DNA of 64,000 nt from positions 28,367,940-28,431,939 of the forward strand of contig CM119263.1 in NCBI GenBank assembly GCA_051294375.1, given 5' to 3'. The position numbers and the translations under genes were made by a program. Source of the stretch: Paraspadella gotoi. Lineage: Eukaryota; Animalia; Chaetognatha. Numbering within the stretch: position 1 is the first letter of the stretch; each line of letters opens with the position of its first letter. The notes below the pieces were generated by a model, which was not told the DNA's origin, searched no databases, and saw only the letters and a program-made list of their open reading frames with translations. Below are positions 24,549 through 38,507 of this stretch, piece after piece.

Positions 24549-25963
24549 ATGTCAGTCGAGATTCTCAGCATGGGTCTTCCGCAACAATTCGCCGCCAAAT
24601 CCTGGGAATTATTCGCTTTAATTTTGGAAAATTCACAAGTCGACGGCTTTGATCACGTGATCGATTTTGGATGCGGAACGGGGGAGACGACGCAGCGACT
24701 GGCCGAATGGGTGGGAGAGTACAATCGCAAAATTGGACGGGCTGGGTAAAGAAAAATATTCATTTATAACCAGAGAGGGAAAACGTTAAATCTGTTTTCC
24801 ACATCATAATAACAGGGGTCTTCATTAACTTTTACTTTTTCAGTTCCAAACTTTTCATCACCGGCACAGACGTATCCGCTGTCGAAACGTCCTTCTGCGA
24901 AAATGTATATTCCTCGTCCACTGATGTCTCAAAGGCGGAGTTCTTTTTCAAAGCTGCCGACATCGGCGACAGTACGACGATGGCTCCGGAGTGGGAGTCG
25001 GCCTTCGACCTGGTCACAAGTTTTTGGACGAATCATTCGGTCAAAAATCAAGAGGAGATTTTGAAAAATATTCATTTCTGCCTGAAGCCAGGGGGATATT
25101 TCTGTCTCTATGATCAAACGGGATTCGATGCGATTCCTGGTTTGTTGCAAGATTACTTGTTTTACTATATTATACTAAATTAGACAAAATTTTTTAAAGA
25201 ATAAGAAAGGTTTTAGTCTAACATATTTCACTCAAGTATTAAAATTTAACTTAAATTATTATTTGATTCATTTCATATTGAATTGTGTAATGGGAAGAGG
25301 GTTGTTAGTGTTGTCTTCTGGAAATGGACGGAGCATCTATATAACACAAGGTTAAAAATTACTTTCTGCCTTGTTTTCTAATAAGATATTTTGAATTTGA
25401 TCATCACATCGGGATATTATTTTAAGATTTATGAATCTAATTTATAAACATTTCTATTTGCTTAAGCGGACTACGATAAGGAATTGAAACATTACCGAAT
25501 GACAAAGGGTAAGTGATAATTCACAAATAAACGAACAGACATACAATTCTAAGCAAAGAAAAACTTTCTCTCATCAGTCGGCCTCGGGATGCTTCCCAAA
25601 TGGTCACAATACCTTCCCGCCGGTGGCCTCAGCGAGCTCGTATTCCCCGGTCAAGCGGCCTATCAATCATGGGGTCGCCCTGACCCGGCCGCCGGTTACA
25701 CCACCATGGTCTTAGAGGCGGGATTCCGCGTCATTTCCGCCCGCAACGAATTCTTTCGCTACGATTACAGCGAGGAAGAGTTGGCGACGACAGTCAAGCA
25801 TTTCTCCCGGCGGGTGGAAGGTCTGCCCTCGGAATACCTCGAGGAATTCGTGGGAGATTTCGTGTACGAGTACAAGAGGCTCTTTACTCGAGAGGAAAGC
25901 GATGAGTGGAGAAAATTGAAAGCGGACATGGGAGTCATTGTTGTTGTGGGACGAAAACTTTGA
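24549..25963 (+). CDS. Class I SAM-dependent methyltransferase, juvenile hormone acid O-methyltransferase-like, copy 1, 306 aa; exons 24549-24745, 24844-25139, 25467-25508, 25578-25963
   Basis: Motif I VIDFGCGTG, GTDVS, ADIG, FDLVTSF..H.V..Q...LKNIH..LKPGG. The four exons total 921 nt in frame with GT-AG introns. Confidence 0.9.
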
Positions 25964-27410
25964 ACTTTGACCTTGTTCAAGTTTGGAACATTTTCCTCAA
26001 ATTAAAAATTTTTAAGCTACAAAAGTTGTACGTTTTAATTTTTTGAAAATTATATCGGGAATTACATTTTAAAAAAAAATTTTTAAAAATTATTTTGTTA
26101 AGATGAAGCCATTATTTAACGTAGAATATCACTTAGACTTAATAACTTATGCTTATATTTTAAAATTGATAGGAATTTCTAAAATATAAAATTACATGTG
26201 ATTAAGCATATCGTAGTTGATAAGAAACCAGAATGACTATTTGTTTACATGTTTTGTCTCAAGACGTGATCAGACATGATATGACAATGGTTTGAGACTA
26301 AGGTTTTGTCAAGTTAAACAAAAGGGTAACAAGTTATTGCTTGTATCAACATGCCTCCCCCAAGACGATTCGAAGGAAGTGGAAATCGTAGTTAAAAATA
26401 TCAATATTTCAAACATTCCAATTGTTAAAGATTTTAACCGTTTTAACCGTTATAAAAATGTAAAAAGAAAAGGACAAGTTCGTACCAAGGTGAAATTGCA
26501 AAATCAAATGGTTTGATTAATCACAAAACCAGAACTACACTTTCAATTTACTAGAAACGTTTGATAAAGCTNNNNNNNNNNCTCCCTGTTGGCTCTGGGG
26601 GCTACCGACCATCGGTGACGCCTCCAGTCACTGGCGCGGTTACCCAAGGACGGTCTCGCTTTGCCAACGCAGAGGGAAGTCGTTTGGACTGTGGATGGAA
26701 CACAACTCCCGGGATGGTGTGTTCTCCCTCTGAGCCAATGGGATTGGCTCAACGACTATGGATGTGAGAGAATCCGTAGAATCCGTAGACTTCGGTAAAG
26801 GCTCAAGGACCGAAAACGTCGATCAACGTGAAATGTCTCGAAGAAAGAGAGACTTATTTGAGGAAAATGAGTGTATTTTCGAGTTGACAAATCAATCAAT
26901 GAGTGAGAGAGAGAGTCAGGTCATCTGAATTAGCCTGTAAATCAGGAGTGAATTTCGGCGATATCTGGAATGAATTTCCTCAGACTTGTGAAACTTTTTC
27001 TCAATAGACGTGAGGCGGTGTGATCATAATTTGTCTAATGAAGCATGAAGAATGCTATTTTCTTAACCCTCTTTTGGTTGAAACCAAATGACAAAAATTA
27101 AGAGAAAAGGTGCGTCGAGAGAGAGGAAGCCGCCCCGCATATTTGACTAATTTGGCTAAGTAATTATTGTCCGCTTTTATTTTTCGTCTTGACTTGAACC
27201 TGTCGTTGTGATACCAAAGAACGCAATTAGAAAAGGTAAAAATTTAAAATCGCATTAACCTTAATTTTTTTGGCAAGCTAGCTTCCTAAAGATTGTTGTA
27301 AAATTGTTTTGGTTAAATCCTTATCTACTAATTTTAAATATAAAGCTGCATGTGTCGTTTGTTGGAAAAACTACTGCTTAATTTANNNNNNNNNNNNNNN
27401 NNNNNNNNNN

Positions 27411-28370
27411 TCATGTTATAAAACAATATTGCAGTTTGAAAAATTATGGCAAGTTGAAAAAATTATGGCAAGTATGAAAAAATTATGCCAAGTTGAAAAT
27501 TTATGCAATTTAAAAAAATACTGCAAGTTGCAACAAAATTAATCGCAAAATCTGCAAATTACTTATACAAGATTAAAAAATTATACGAAGGTTGAAAAAA
27601 ATTTGCAAGTTTGATAATAAATTATGGTTTTAAAAAAAATTATGCAATTAAAAATTATGCAAGTTAAAAAAATGTATACAAGTTAAAAAAATTATGCAAG
27701 TTGAAAAATTATGCAAAATTTAAAAATTATGCAAGTTAAAAAAATTATACCACAGTTTGAAGAAAGAATTATCCAAGTTGAAAAATTAATGCAATTTCAA
27801 AAATTCTGCCAAATGTAAAAAAATTATGCAAGTTAAAAAATTATCACAGGTTTTTAAAAAAATTATGGCGAATTGAAAAATATGCAAGTTGAAAATTATG
27901 CAAGTGAAAAATTATGGCAAGTAAAAAAAAAACAAGCAAGTTTGAAAAAATTATGCAAATCTGAAAAAAATTATGCAAAGTCTAAAAAATTATACAGATT
28001 TGAAAAAATTAATTCAATTTTAAAAAATTATGCAAGTTGAAAAAATTATGCCTCAAAGTTGAAAAAATTATCAAGTTGAAAAAATAATGCCAAGTTGAAA
28101 AAAATTATGCAAAGATTTAAAAAAAATTATGCAAGTTTAAAAAATATAATAACAAGTGGAAAAAATTATGGAAAGTTGGAAAATTTAGCAATGTGAATAA
28201 AAAAATTATGCAAGTAAAAATTTATGAGGTGAAAATTAAGGCAAGTTTGAAAAAATTATGCAAATAAAAAAAATTATGCAATGTAAAAAAAATAACAAGT
28301 GGCAAAAAAAATTACTGCAAGTTTGAAAAAAGAGTTATTGCAAGTGAAAAATATTATGCAATTTTAAAAA
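27411..28370. repeat. ~19-bp AT-rich satellite (aaaaaattatgcaagttg), dozens of copies, noisy
   Basis: direct reading, immediately after an N gap. Confidence 0.9.
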
Positions 28371-31300
28371 ATCTTTTTCAATAAAAAAACGAACGATCAC
28401 GCAAGAATCATACAGAGAGAGGGACAGACACACACAGCAGAGAGAGACAGAGAGAGAAACAGAGAGAGACGAACACAGAGAGAGAACAAGGCACCAATAG
28501 AAGAGACAGATAGTAGAGAGACACCGCCAGAGGAGAGATACGCCGCTAAACAAATATATTTAGAATATGTGGATAGCAAAGAAACAATCTGTAGTGGTGT
28601 GATGAAGCAAGCCAATTGATATCTATTTTTAAATGAAATAAGACTAAAGTCTTTTGTTACATCTAGTTCAAAATGAGGTGAACCTAATCCTTTTCCGCAT
28701 ATTATTGAAGAATAATGAGATTGAAGGTATAGACTTTGCATGGTGAAATGAAAACTTTCGATTTAAAGCCTAACAGACTATTTTCAACTATAACTATTAT
28801 ATTATAATATTGCTGCTGGTTAATCTGGGGCGTGGTGGCCCCCGCCGCCCGCCATCTCCACGCCCGCACCCAATGACTCCCTATCGTGCCACTCAACGAG
28901 GGGACAGGTGGGACCCTTGCGCAGGCAGAATGGCAAACGACTGCCTCTCCCTCTATGCCAGCACTACGCCCCTCCCTCCTGCGGACTGAGCGTTTCGCCC
29001 AAAGCGGAAGGCGTTCAGGATGCGAGGGAGAGAGTCCCGCTCCAATGACTTGTTCACAAAGTGCGAAAGATCTATGACGGAACGAGCCGCCCACCTCGGT
29101 CAGCAGGCGAGAAGAGCAGGGCAGCCGGCTTAGGGAGCGTATCAGGCATTACGAGACATTATAGTAGGTAGCCTGTGGGATTCTATTCCGCTAAGGGATC
29201 CTTCCCATCCCCGGCATTCACATCAGTTTCGGTCTACCTCTCAGCCACTGACACCCTGGACCCATGTCTTCATTCGATCTGTCCTTCATTGCATTTAAAA
29301 CAGGCCACTCATTAGCCTCTTCCTAATTTCACTTTAATCTCCTATTATCAACTAAAACCTAAAAAACTACTTCTATTTATGTACTACCACTAGCTATACT
29401 TATCACCTATCTAATTGTGTTAATCTCCAGTTTAGTTTTTTTCAAAACTCCTTTATCTTTGTTGTACATTGCAAAATGTATCTTCATTATTTATTTATCT
29501 CTGGTTGTTTTTCTCCTTCTCTCTCTCTCTCCTTCTTCTCTCTCTCTTAACAAGTTTCACTTCTTTCACAAAACTCACTCCAATCTGGTCCATACTTCAA
29601 ACCTGTCCTACATCGACCACTATTCTGTCTCACCACTTTTTGAAACTTTTACCCCTCTCCTCTCTCTCTCTCTCTCTCTCTCTACCCTCCTACACTCCTT
29701 TCCACAAAATTTATAAATCACTACTGGAATGAATAAATAAGCCAAGCTAAACATTCCCCAACTACTAAATATGTATAAAATCCTTCCTTGAAAGCAAATT
29801 ATATTATATTATACTATATAATGATTTAATTTATATATATATGTTATAAACTATGACAAAGATTAAACTATTTTCACCATAATAATTTTTGACTTCCAAA
29901 ATGATTTTTTACTGTATTCAATGAAAAAAAATTTTTATTTTCCTCATCTTTAAAAAATTTTTAATCTTGAATTAAGATTTAATTGGTTCGTTTTTTTAGG
30001 GAAGAAAACCCGGACCGAGTGTCAAATTTTTATTTTGCATATTATAACTATAAATTTATAAATAGTTATCACAACTCAAAATGAATATTATTTAATATTA
30101 AGAAATGATCTAACATATGACTAACATACTATAAACTAAAAAGTATTGTATAAATAAATAAAAGTACAAATTATCCAGGGAATTAACAAAAAAAGATAAT
30201 GTTTAAATTTTATTGGAAACTCATATATGCTCTTCTTCTCAACTTCTCTTATTTCTATTATATTATTTGTCTTTTTTAATTAGTGGGTCCAAATCCTCTC
30301 TCTCTCTGGTCTCTCATAGTTTACTTTTATATAATATAATTTTATTTTGTATTTGCTTATATGTTGGCATTTTATTATATATCTTTCAGCAATTTTCTTT
30401 TAGTGTTCCTGCATTGATTTATATTTTTTTTTTTTTAGGTTCACTTATTAGTTTCTGATTTTATTATTGTGACATATTGTCTTAATTCGTCGATGTATAA
30501 TAGTTATTTTTCTTTTTTTAATATATGTGATCCATCTAAAAATCTTCGGGTTTATTTTGGCTAAATATTGGGATTTGTTTATTGAGAATAAAAAGCCTCC
30601 GTAATAAATGGCGATTTAATAAAAGTTTTTTAGAAGGAAAAAAATATAATTTATAATTTGTTCAAAAAAGATACGAATCACGCAAAACGCACGAGAGAGT
30701 AATCGACGAGCGAGAGAAGAGAGGACGAAGAAATTTCTAACAAGAATCTCCTGTGTATGAAATGATTGAGAGGCGAAGTAGAGAGAAAGATTTTCTGGAG
30801 AGGATGAGGAGAGATAAGACAGAGAGAGATGAGACTAAGAACGCGGAAAAAACGGGGTTTAAAAGATTAAATTAGGAATAATGTTCCTTGACATTGTTTA
30901 CTCGTTGCCCTTGCAACGCACGAAATCCAGGGTAAAATAAGTGAAGGAAAAAAAAGCAAACGCGAAGATGAAAAGATGGTGGATAATAAATAAAAGTTTT
31001 TTGTAAAGGGAAAAAATATCAGGAGAGTAGCGGAGAGAAGATGCGTCGGAATGAGAGAGAAGGAGAGAAAGAAAAAATGAAAAACCGAATTTCTTTCCAA
31101 TTATATCGGATTTTCGTGGCCTCTCGCCAACGGAACCGCGGATCTCGGTCAAGTTTAATCCTTTATACCCCACCGTAACGTTTCCGTTTTGCCAATCAAA
31201 ACGTCGTTTTTAGGTTCACTGTCCTTGACATTGTTTACTCGGGTGCCCTGCAACGGGCCGCCGCGTGGAAATCAGGTTCTAAGTAAGGTTATTCTTTACA

Positions 31301-34300
31301 CATTTTCTGCAAAAATAAAATCCTACAGAATGAAATATCAAGGATATTAAATTTTGGATTTTGTTATTGGAAAAACAAATAAAAGGCGCGGAATAAATGC
31401 GATGTATGACTGATTAAATATCGTGTATATTGAGAAGGGAAAATATCTAATAATGTTGAATGGATTTTTCAAAAAAACACGAAAGACGATCGATCGCCTC
31501 AAGAATCTATAGAGAGAGGTAAGAGGATACAGAAAGAAAGGTAAGTTGAGGTGGAAGGACTGGAACCTCTTGTGTTAGAGAATAGTTTAAAAAAATTGAT
31601 TTGTTCGACCTTATTTTATTTAGTTTGAGTGAAAAAGAATGGAAAAAAGAGAAGAATGAATAACATCCAGAAGGTTGTAAGAAGAAGGAATTTGAATTGG
31701 CTTCGCGGCTTTCGCTATTCCCGAAGATAGTTTAAGACATCCGAGCAGATGTCGCGATAATAACGAGATGAGAGGAAAAGTATCGATTGTATATTATGGT
31801 GTTTTGCTGAGAGAGTGGAGTTGGAAATGAGGAAAAGAAGGCTGACAGAAAAAAATAGCCTTGAGAGAAGATCAGACGGCAGGTGGGCGCCGAGGCCGTG
31901 AAACTCGTATCGATATAACTCGTATATAGCTCGTCGCCATCGTGACTGGAGTGACGGGGGTATAATAAGTATTTTTTGGGCGGGTTAGGTAAAAAAAAAA
32001 TAAGTCACCTAATATAGATAGAATATTGAAGCATTGCTTTGTTAAAATCAGACCAATGCAAATATTGATATTAAGTGAAGAACAAAAAGAAATTCACATT
32101 TTCTTGTAATTCAATAAAGAACTTATTAAGTAGAGATGTTTACAGTATAGAGTACAATTTAGCCGCTTTTTTACTAGGGCGTTCAGAATCAATTAAAAAG
32201 AATAATTTTAGTTAATTTCTTAGTGGGTGTGTCTCATGAGTTGAGATTTTTAAATTCATATTACAATTTTTGATCTTAGTTTGACACTCACCCGATAGCG
32301 AAATAGACTGTAGGCGAGGTCGTTTCAGCATGGTAAAGTAATTCTAGAAAATTGGTGACATCTTGGTATGTGTTGGCTCGAATATGATTATGGGAACTTA
32401 ATTATAAGACGGGAGAAGGAGAGGTACTATTCCCATCCCTTTATCTTATATTGCTTCAGAAAAGATGAATTAGAGGGAAAAAATCAGTTTTTTTTCTCAA
32501 CCTGGCCTTTTCTTTAAGATTTCTTTTAAAATCAAAGGAGAGAGAAAGGAAGATTTGACCGAATGACAAAACTGGACTATGGCGAGAGAGAAGACTCGAG
32601 ATTGTCAGTTATAAACGGCCTGATCATTGTGTAATGGTGCACAAGAAGAATCATTATAAGAAGTGGAAGAAGATAAAAAGAGTGAAAAAAATAGCTGGAA
32701 CAAAGCTTCTTCAGAGTACACTAGGAACGGGCCTCGTATCAGGAATCTGCGGGAAAATGTTCGGCAGAGGAGTGTCGATCACTGTGAAACAGGAAACACG
32801 GATATAGCAATCCCGTATTGTCAACATGTTATAGTTTTTATATAAACATTTTCCCTGTTAGTTCCTATTTTTATTCCGAAGTATTAAACATATTGTTTGA
32901 GCGTTTTTATTAAAAATTATATGTGTGCTATCGAGGACGAAAAGATCTCGGATGATGAGAAGATTAGCCAGTGTTCCCCTGGCTTGTTTGATATTGGAGA
33001 GAATCCATTTATCAATGCCATATATAAACGATATGAGGGACAGAGCTCCCAAGGATTTGTAGAGTGGATGAACACGCTCTCGGAAATAGAGAGCCGTTGT
33101 CGTTTTTTTAAAGTGGTTTTTAACCGAATTTCTGGCAAACGCGTTTGCAATTGGTAGGTCAGATAAGTTTGAACGGAATTCTGCTATTAGAAAAATGTTG
33201 GAATTTTTTTGAAGCGATGGATTCTCGTCTAATTATGTTTTCTCCTCTCTAAAACTTTTATTATGGGCGCATTATCGAATGAGGGCTATATTTTCATGTC
33301 GAATACAAAACTCCCAAATTTAACAATCCGAGATTTTCTGGATACATTTTAAAAAAGGTTTTAAAGAATTAACGATAAATAATTTACGTATGCATTTTTG
33401 TCCCATGAATAATGAGTCTAATGTGACTATTATTAATGCATTAGCTATCAGCGTTTTAAAAAAAATAGTGTTTTATTTGAAATATAAAATTGTAAAATTT
33501 GGAATACCGGTATTTTGTTGCCCACTATTGCGCCAATGAATTATATCTAAAATAGGAGTTTTTTCAAGAAGAAAAGAATATAGGTCAAATTAAAACATTA
33601 CTTTGACTGAACGATCACCCGATTTTAAAATTGGCATGATTCATGATAATTCATGTTTGGAGGAACTATTGAGTGTTAAGAAATTGACGTATAAATATTT
33701 TTAGGGTACGTTCACTTTAATATCACATTTAATCCATTTTTATTTTTCTTTTTTTGATAAGAATAATAATATTTGGAAGAGTTGTGCATTAACTTATTTA
33801 TAATTAGTTCTGCGGACATAAATAGTGTTTAATATGAAATTTGACCCTCCGGTCTTTTAAATCTGCGTTTCTTCCCTAAAGAGAATTAAGCAAGAAAAAC
33901 GAATTCTTAAAATTTTAATGTCAAGATTAAATTTTTTAAGATGAGGAATTAATAATATATTACAAGTAAAGCGACAAATATTTGGAAGTGAAAAATATTG
34001 TATAGTTGAAATAGTCTATAATAGTTATATAATAGTAAATAATATGAATCTTATAATAATATATATGAGAAAATGTAAATATAATAAATAATATCAATAC
34101 ATATTAAATATATATAATGTATATAATACAGTTAATATAAAAATATATAATAAAATAAAATATATAATAATATAAAATAATATGTAGTCTTATTGGAAAG
34201 GAAAAATGAGGTTTAGCTTTAGCTATGAAAAGTATTACATATGTCACTACATCACAATCATATACAATACTAACAATGTCATTCTACATAATATGTTTTC

Positions 34301-35574
34301 TACAATTGGAAATTTTGCCAATTTTTCCAAATCAGAGTCTAATGTATGGCAAAGAGTATAGTATAATTTTATATTATTGTGGGAATATTAAAAGTTATAT
34401 GAGTTCCAGATTAGATACTAGCGTGTGACTTTCTATTAAAAAATTCCCTATCTGATGTTCCTCACTTATTTATTTGATAAGAGCAAATTTTAAAAAGAAT
34501 CTATGTTTCTTTTCGCGCGACTCTTTCATATCTTCGAATTATCAATTTATTTTAAATTACAATGAGCAATAATAGGGGGTTTAAAATTTAATTAAAGCAT
34601 TCTTAGAAAATACTAAGTTTTGAGAATTTATATGTTTATATAAATGAGATACTCATATAATCTCATTCCATTGCACTTTATACTGACTCAGTCAATCAAC
34701 AAGTATATATTCATTAAATTGAATTGTTTCGGAATTTATTTCCAAAACCCTAAAAAAAATACTTTCATAAGTCAAGTAAGAATAATAAAGGTTGTCTAAG
34801 TATATAAGAAAATATCACATTGCTATGTTTCAAAGATGAGAAGCCATATCTAAATTTTTAACTTACTATGATCGCACACTTTGGTAAAACTTTTATCTAT
34901 TAATTCATAATAAATTTTTATTTGGAAAAAAACGGTAAGTCACGAGGTCCAAACCTAAAAGCGTCTGAGGTAGTTTTTTATACAAAACAGCCGTCGGGTG
35001 GGCGTGACGGAACGGACGACGGACCGAGCACGACTACGTCACAAAAGAAGCAACACCTTAAAAAACATTATAGATTCCTGGTCCTGGGGTGTGCGGCTGC
35101 TCTCCGTATTAAAAATTAAAAGAAAAAGGAGGTGCGGTCGCTGAGCATGAGAGGAAGCCGGCCCCCGCATGATTTGACTAATTTGGTCGTACGTAATATA
35201 TGTTGTTCTCGTGCCTCCGGCTCTCTGTCTCTCTTTACTTCGCTGTGACTTTGACCTGTCGTTTTGAACAGAAGAATGTGTCTTCCGTCTCTCACTACTG
35301 GTTTCTCTTCTTAGAATATGATTCTCTCTGCTGGTAACAAATAATAACGCGGGTATAAACATTTTCTTTTGGGGCAAGCTAGCTTCCTAAAGACTGGTGT
35401 GAAAATTGTGTTTGGTTTTTTAAATCGCTTATATAATTTTAAATATAAAGCTGCATGTGGGTTGTGTGAACACAACTACCTGTGCGCTTAATTTCTATTT
35501 ATTTTTACTATTCTTTAACATTTTAGCTATCTCGTCTAATTTTGTTGCTTTTTAAAAATTTGTTAAGCGGATAA

Positions 35575-37243
35575 ATGTCGCAGAAACTGCAAGCGCCTCG
35601 GACTTCCACAGAAGTTCGCCGCCGAATCCTGGAAGTTGTTTTGTATTCCCATTTTTGAAAGTTCACAAGTGAACGGCTTTGATCACGTGATAGATTTTGG
35701 ATGTGGAACGGGGGAGACCACGCAGCGACTGGCCGAATGGGTTGGAGAGTACAATCGCAAAATTGGACAGACTCGGTAAACAATTTGGGATATTGTTATA
35801 TATATATAAATTATACAAGTAAAAAAAATAAAAATATTTAAAAATGTATTTATATTTGTTTGTACCATAGTAACCAGTTCAGATTAATCCCTTGCAAGCG
35901 ATTTACATTATTGGCGCGGTCACTGGTTTGGTATGTTACGATGATCAGTTAGGATCACAATTTGAGAGAATTATCGTGATTTATCATCTGATTAGCTGAT
36001 TATCGTAGGCAGATATTGTTTGCTCAAACTTGTTTATATTAAGGAAGAGACCTTCAAAGTTAAAATATCGTAAGTGGAAGATTGCCCTTAATCCTCCATA
36101 GCTTGTCCAAACTCCGGGACAAGATTACTTATATATTTATTCAATGAATAGATAATTTTCTTTTGAAGCCCTGTTGTCCAAATACTGTAAAATATTTTTA
36201 AAGCAATTGCTTTTCGTTTCTTCAACCGATTTCAGCCAGAAGCTCTTCATTACTGGCACAGACGTTTCTGAAGTTAAAACGGACTTTTGTCAAAATGTTT
36301 ACGGTTCCTCGACTCAAGAAGCAGAATTTTTCTTCAAAGCTGCGGACATCGGTGACAGTTCAACGATGTACCCTGAATGGGAGTCAGCCTTTGACCTGGT
36401 CACCAGTTTCTTGGCAATTCATTGGGTCAGAGATCAGAAGGAGATTTTGAAGAATATTCATTACTGCCTCAAGCCCGGCGGATATTTTTGCCTGTATGGA
36501 CAAACAGGCTTTGATTCTATACCAAAATCAGGTAAACTTTGAAAATGGGGCTGCATTTTAAATGTTATTTGTTAAGGAAAAGTATTTGTGAAATTAATAC
36601 AACGATTTTTATTTCACAAATATTTTTGCCTTCTCTAAAATAAAAACAACGAAAAGAAAGGATTATCGCATAATTTTATTTGGTAAAATTTAGTAGAGTA
36701 GCTTAAAGTGACGCATTTTTATTCATTAAATCAGACGTTGAATCATCCGAGCAAGATAAAGACTTCAAACTCGTCAGACACACAGTTGGTAAGTTAAATA
36801 ATAGAAACAAATATACACAGTGATATGATTTTAATTTAACCACTACTTGATTCTCAGCTGGCCTTGGCATGCTCCCCAAATGGTCACAATACCTTCCACC
36901 CGGTGGCCTCAGCGAACTAGTATTCCCCGGCCAAGCGGCCTATCATCCATGGGGTCGCCCTGACCCGGCCGCCGGCTACGCCAAGATGGTCGTCGAGGCG
37001 GGATTCCGCGTCATCGCCGCCCGCAATGACGTCTTTCACTTCGATTACAGCCAAGAAGAGTTGGAGAAAACTGCCAAGCTTTTTTCTCCCCGGGTTGTGG
37101 ATCTCCCGCCGGAAAGTCTGGAGGAATTCGCCCAGGACTTTGCTAACGAATTCAAAAAGTCATTGTTCAAGGAAGAGAGCGAAGGAGAGACAAAGTTCAG
37201 AGTGGACATGGGAGTCATCGTCGTTGTGGGACAAAAAGTTTGA
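35575..37243 (+). CDS. JHAMT-like SAM methyltransferase, copy 2; exons 35575-35775 (one apparent +1 frameshift near 35599), 36236-36531, 36735-36788, 36858-37243
   Basis: Same intron phases and near-equivalent positions as copy 1; VIDFGCGTG, FDLVTSFLAIHWVRDQKEILKNIHYCLKPGG. Exon 1 is 201 nt rather than 3n+2 and lies in error-prone sequence. Confidence 0.85.
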
Positions 37244-37701
37244 CTCGTCGAAAAAAAAAGGAAATACCGCTTTTTGTTGTCATTACTTTATGTACAGAGT
37301 ATATTTTTTTTAAATGATAAATAACACAAGTTTTTAATATAAATCGAAGTTTTTCTCCTCTATGTTCTCAGTTTATTTTTGATTCGCTAACGTGACTAAT
37401 AAAAATCGTTGTTGAAATTTATTTCAAACCTCTTCTAATTGATTCGCTAATTAAAAAAAACAAAACAAAAACAGAACAGATTTTCGATTGAGTCGAAATA
37501 AAAATGAAAAGAGTGAAAATCAAAAGCGATCCTCTAATTTCATTGCATATAAGACCGCTTTTAGCTGAAAAGAATATATAATAAGCGGAAAGACAAATTA
37601 GAAATCTAAACCGCCAAGGATTTATAGTGCGTTTAAAAAAAAGGAATCCACTATAACAATTCTCTCTCTCTCTCTCTTCATTCTCCACCTTGACCTCACC
37701 A

Positions 37702-38507
37702 NNNNNNNNNNNNNNNNNNNNNNNNNNNNNNNNNNNNNNNNNNNNNNNNNNNNNNNNNNNNNNNNNNNNNNNNNNNNNNNNNNNNNNNNNNNNNNNNNNN
37801 NNNNNNNNNNNNNNNNNNNNNNNNNNNNNNNNNNNNNNNNNNNNNNNNNNNNNNNNNNNNNNNNNNNNNNNNNNNNNNNNNNNNNNNNNNNNNNNAAAAA
37901 AAAAAGAAAGAAAGAAAGAAAAAAAGAAAAAAAGTAAGAAAGAAAGAAAGAGAGAGAATAAAGAAAAATTAAAGAGAGAGACAGACAGACAGACTCTAAC
38001 CGGCACCTGTTTNNNNNNNNNNNNNNNNNNNNNNNNNNNNNNNNNNNNNNNNNNNNNNNNNNNNNNNNNNNNNNNNNNNNNNNNNNNNNNNNNNNNNNNN
38101 NNNNNNNNNNNNNNNNNNNNNNNNNNNNNNNNNNNNNNNNNNNNNNNNNNNNNNNNNNNNNNNNNNNNNNNNNNNNNNNNNNNNNNNNNNNNNNNNNNNN
38201 NNNNNNNNNNNNNNNNNNNNNNNNNNNNNNNNNNNNNNNNNNNNNNNNNNNNNNNNNNNNNNNNNNNNNNNNNNNNNNNNNNNNNNNNNNNNNNNNNNNN
38301 NNNNNNNNNNNNNNNNNNNNNNNNNNNNNNNNNNNNNNNNNNNNNNNNNNNNNNNNNNNNNNNNNNNNNNNNNNNNNNNNNNNNNNNNNNNNNNNNNNNN
38401 NNNNNNNNNNNNNNNNNNNNNNNNNNNNNNNNNNNNNNNNNNNNNNNNNNNNNNNNNNNNNNNNNNNNNNNNNNNNNNNNNNNNNNNNNNNNNNNNNNNN
38501 NNNNNNN
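37702..38507. other. Assembly gaps (N runs); others at ~12149, 26572, 27386, 46261, 46436, 58543, 58690, 61498
   Basis: runs of n. Confidence 0.99.

Noticed and set aside
26780-26825. Possible further hammerhead (..ggaccgaaaacgtc)
   Set aside because: No intact CUGANGA core; sequence too noisy.
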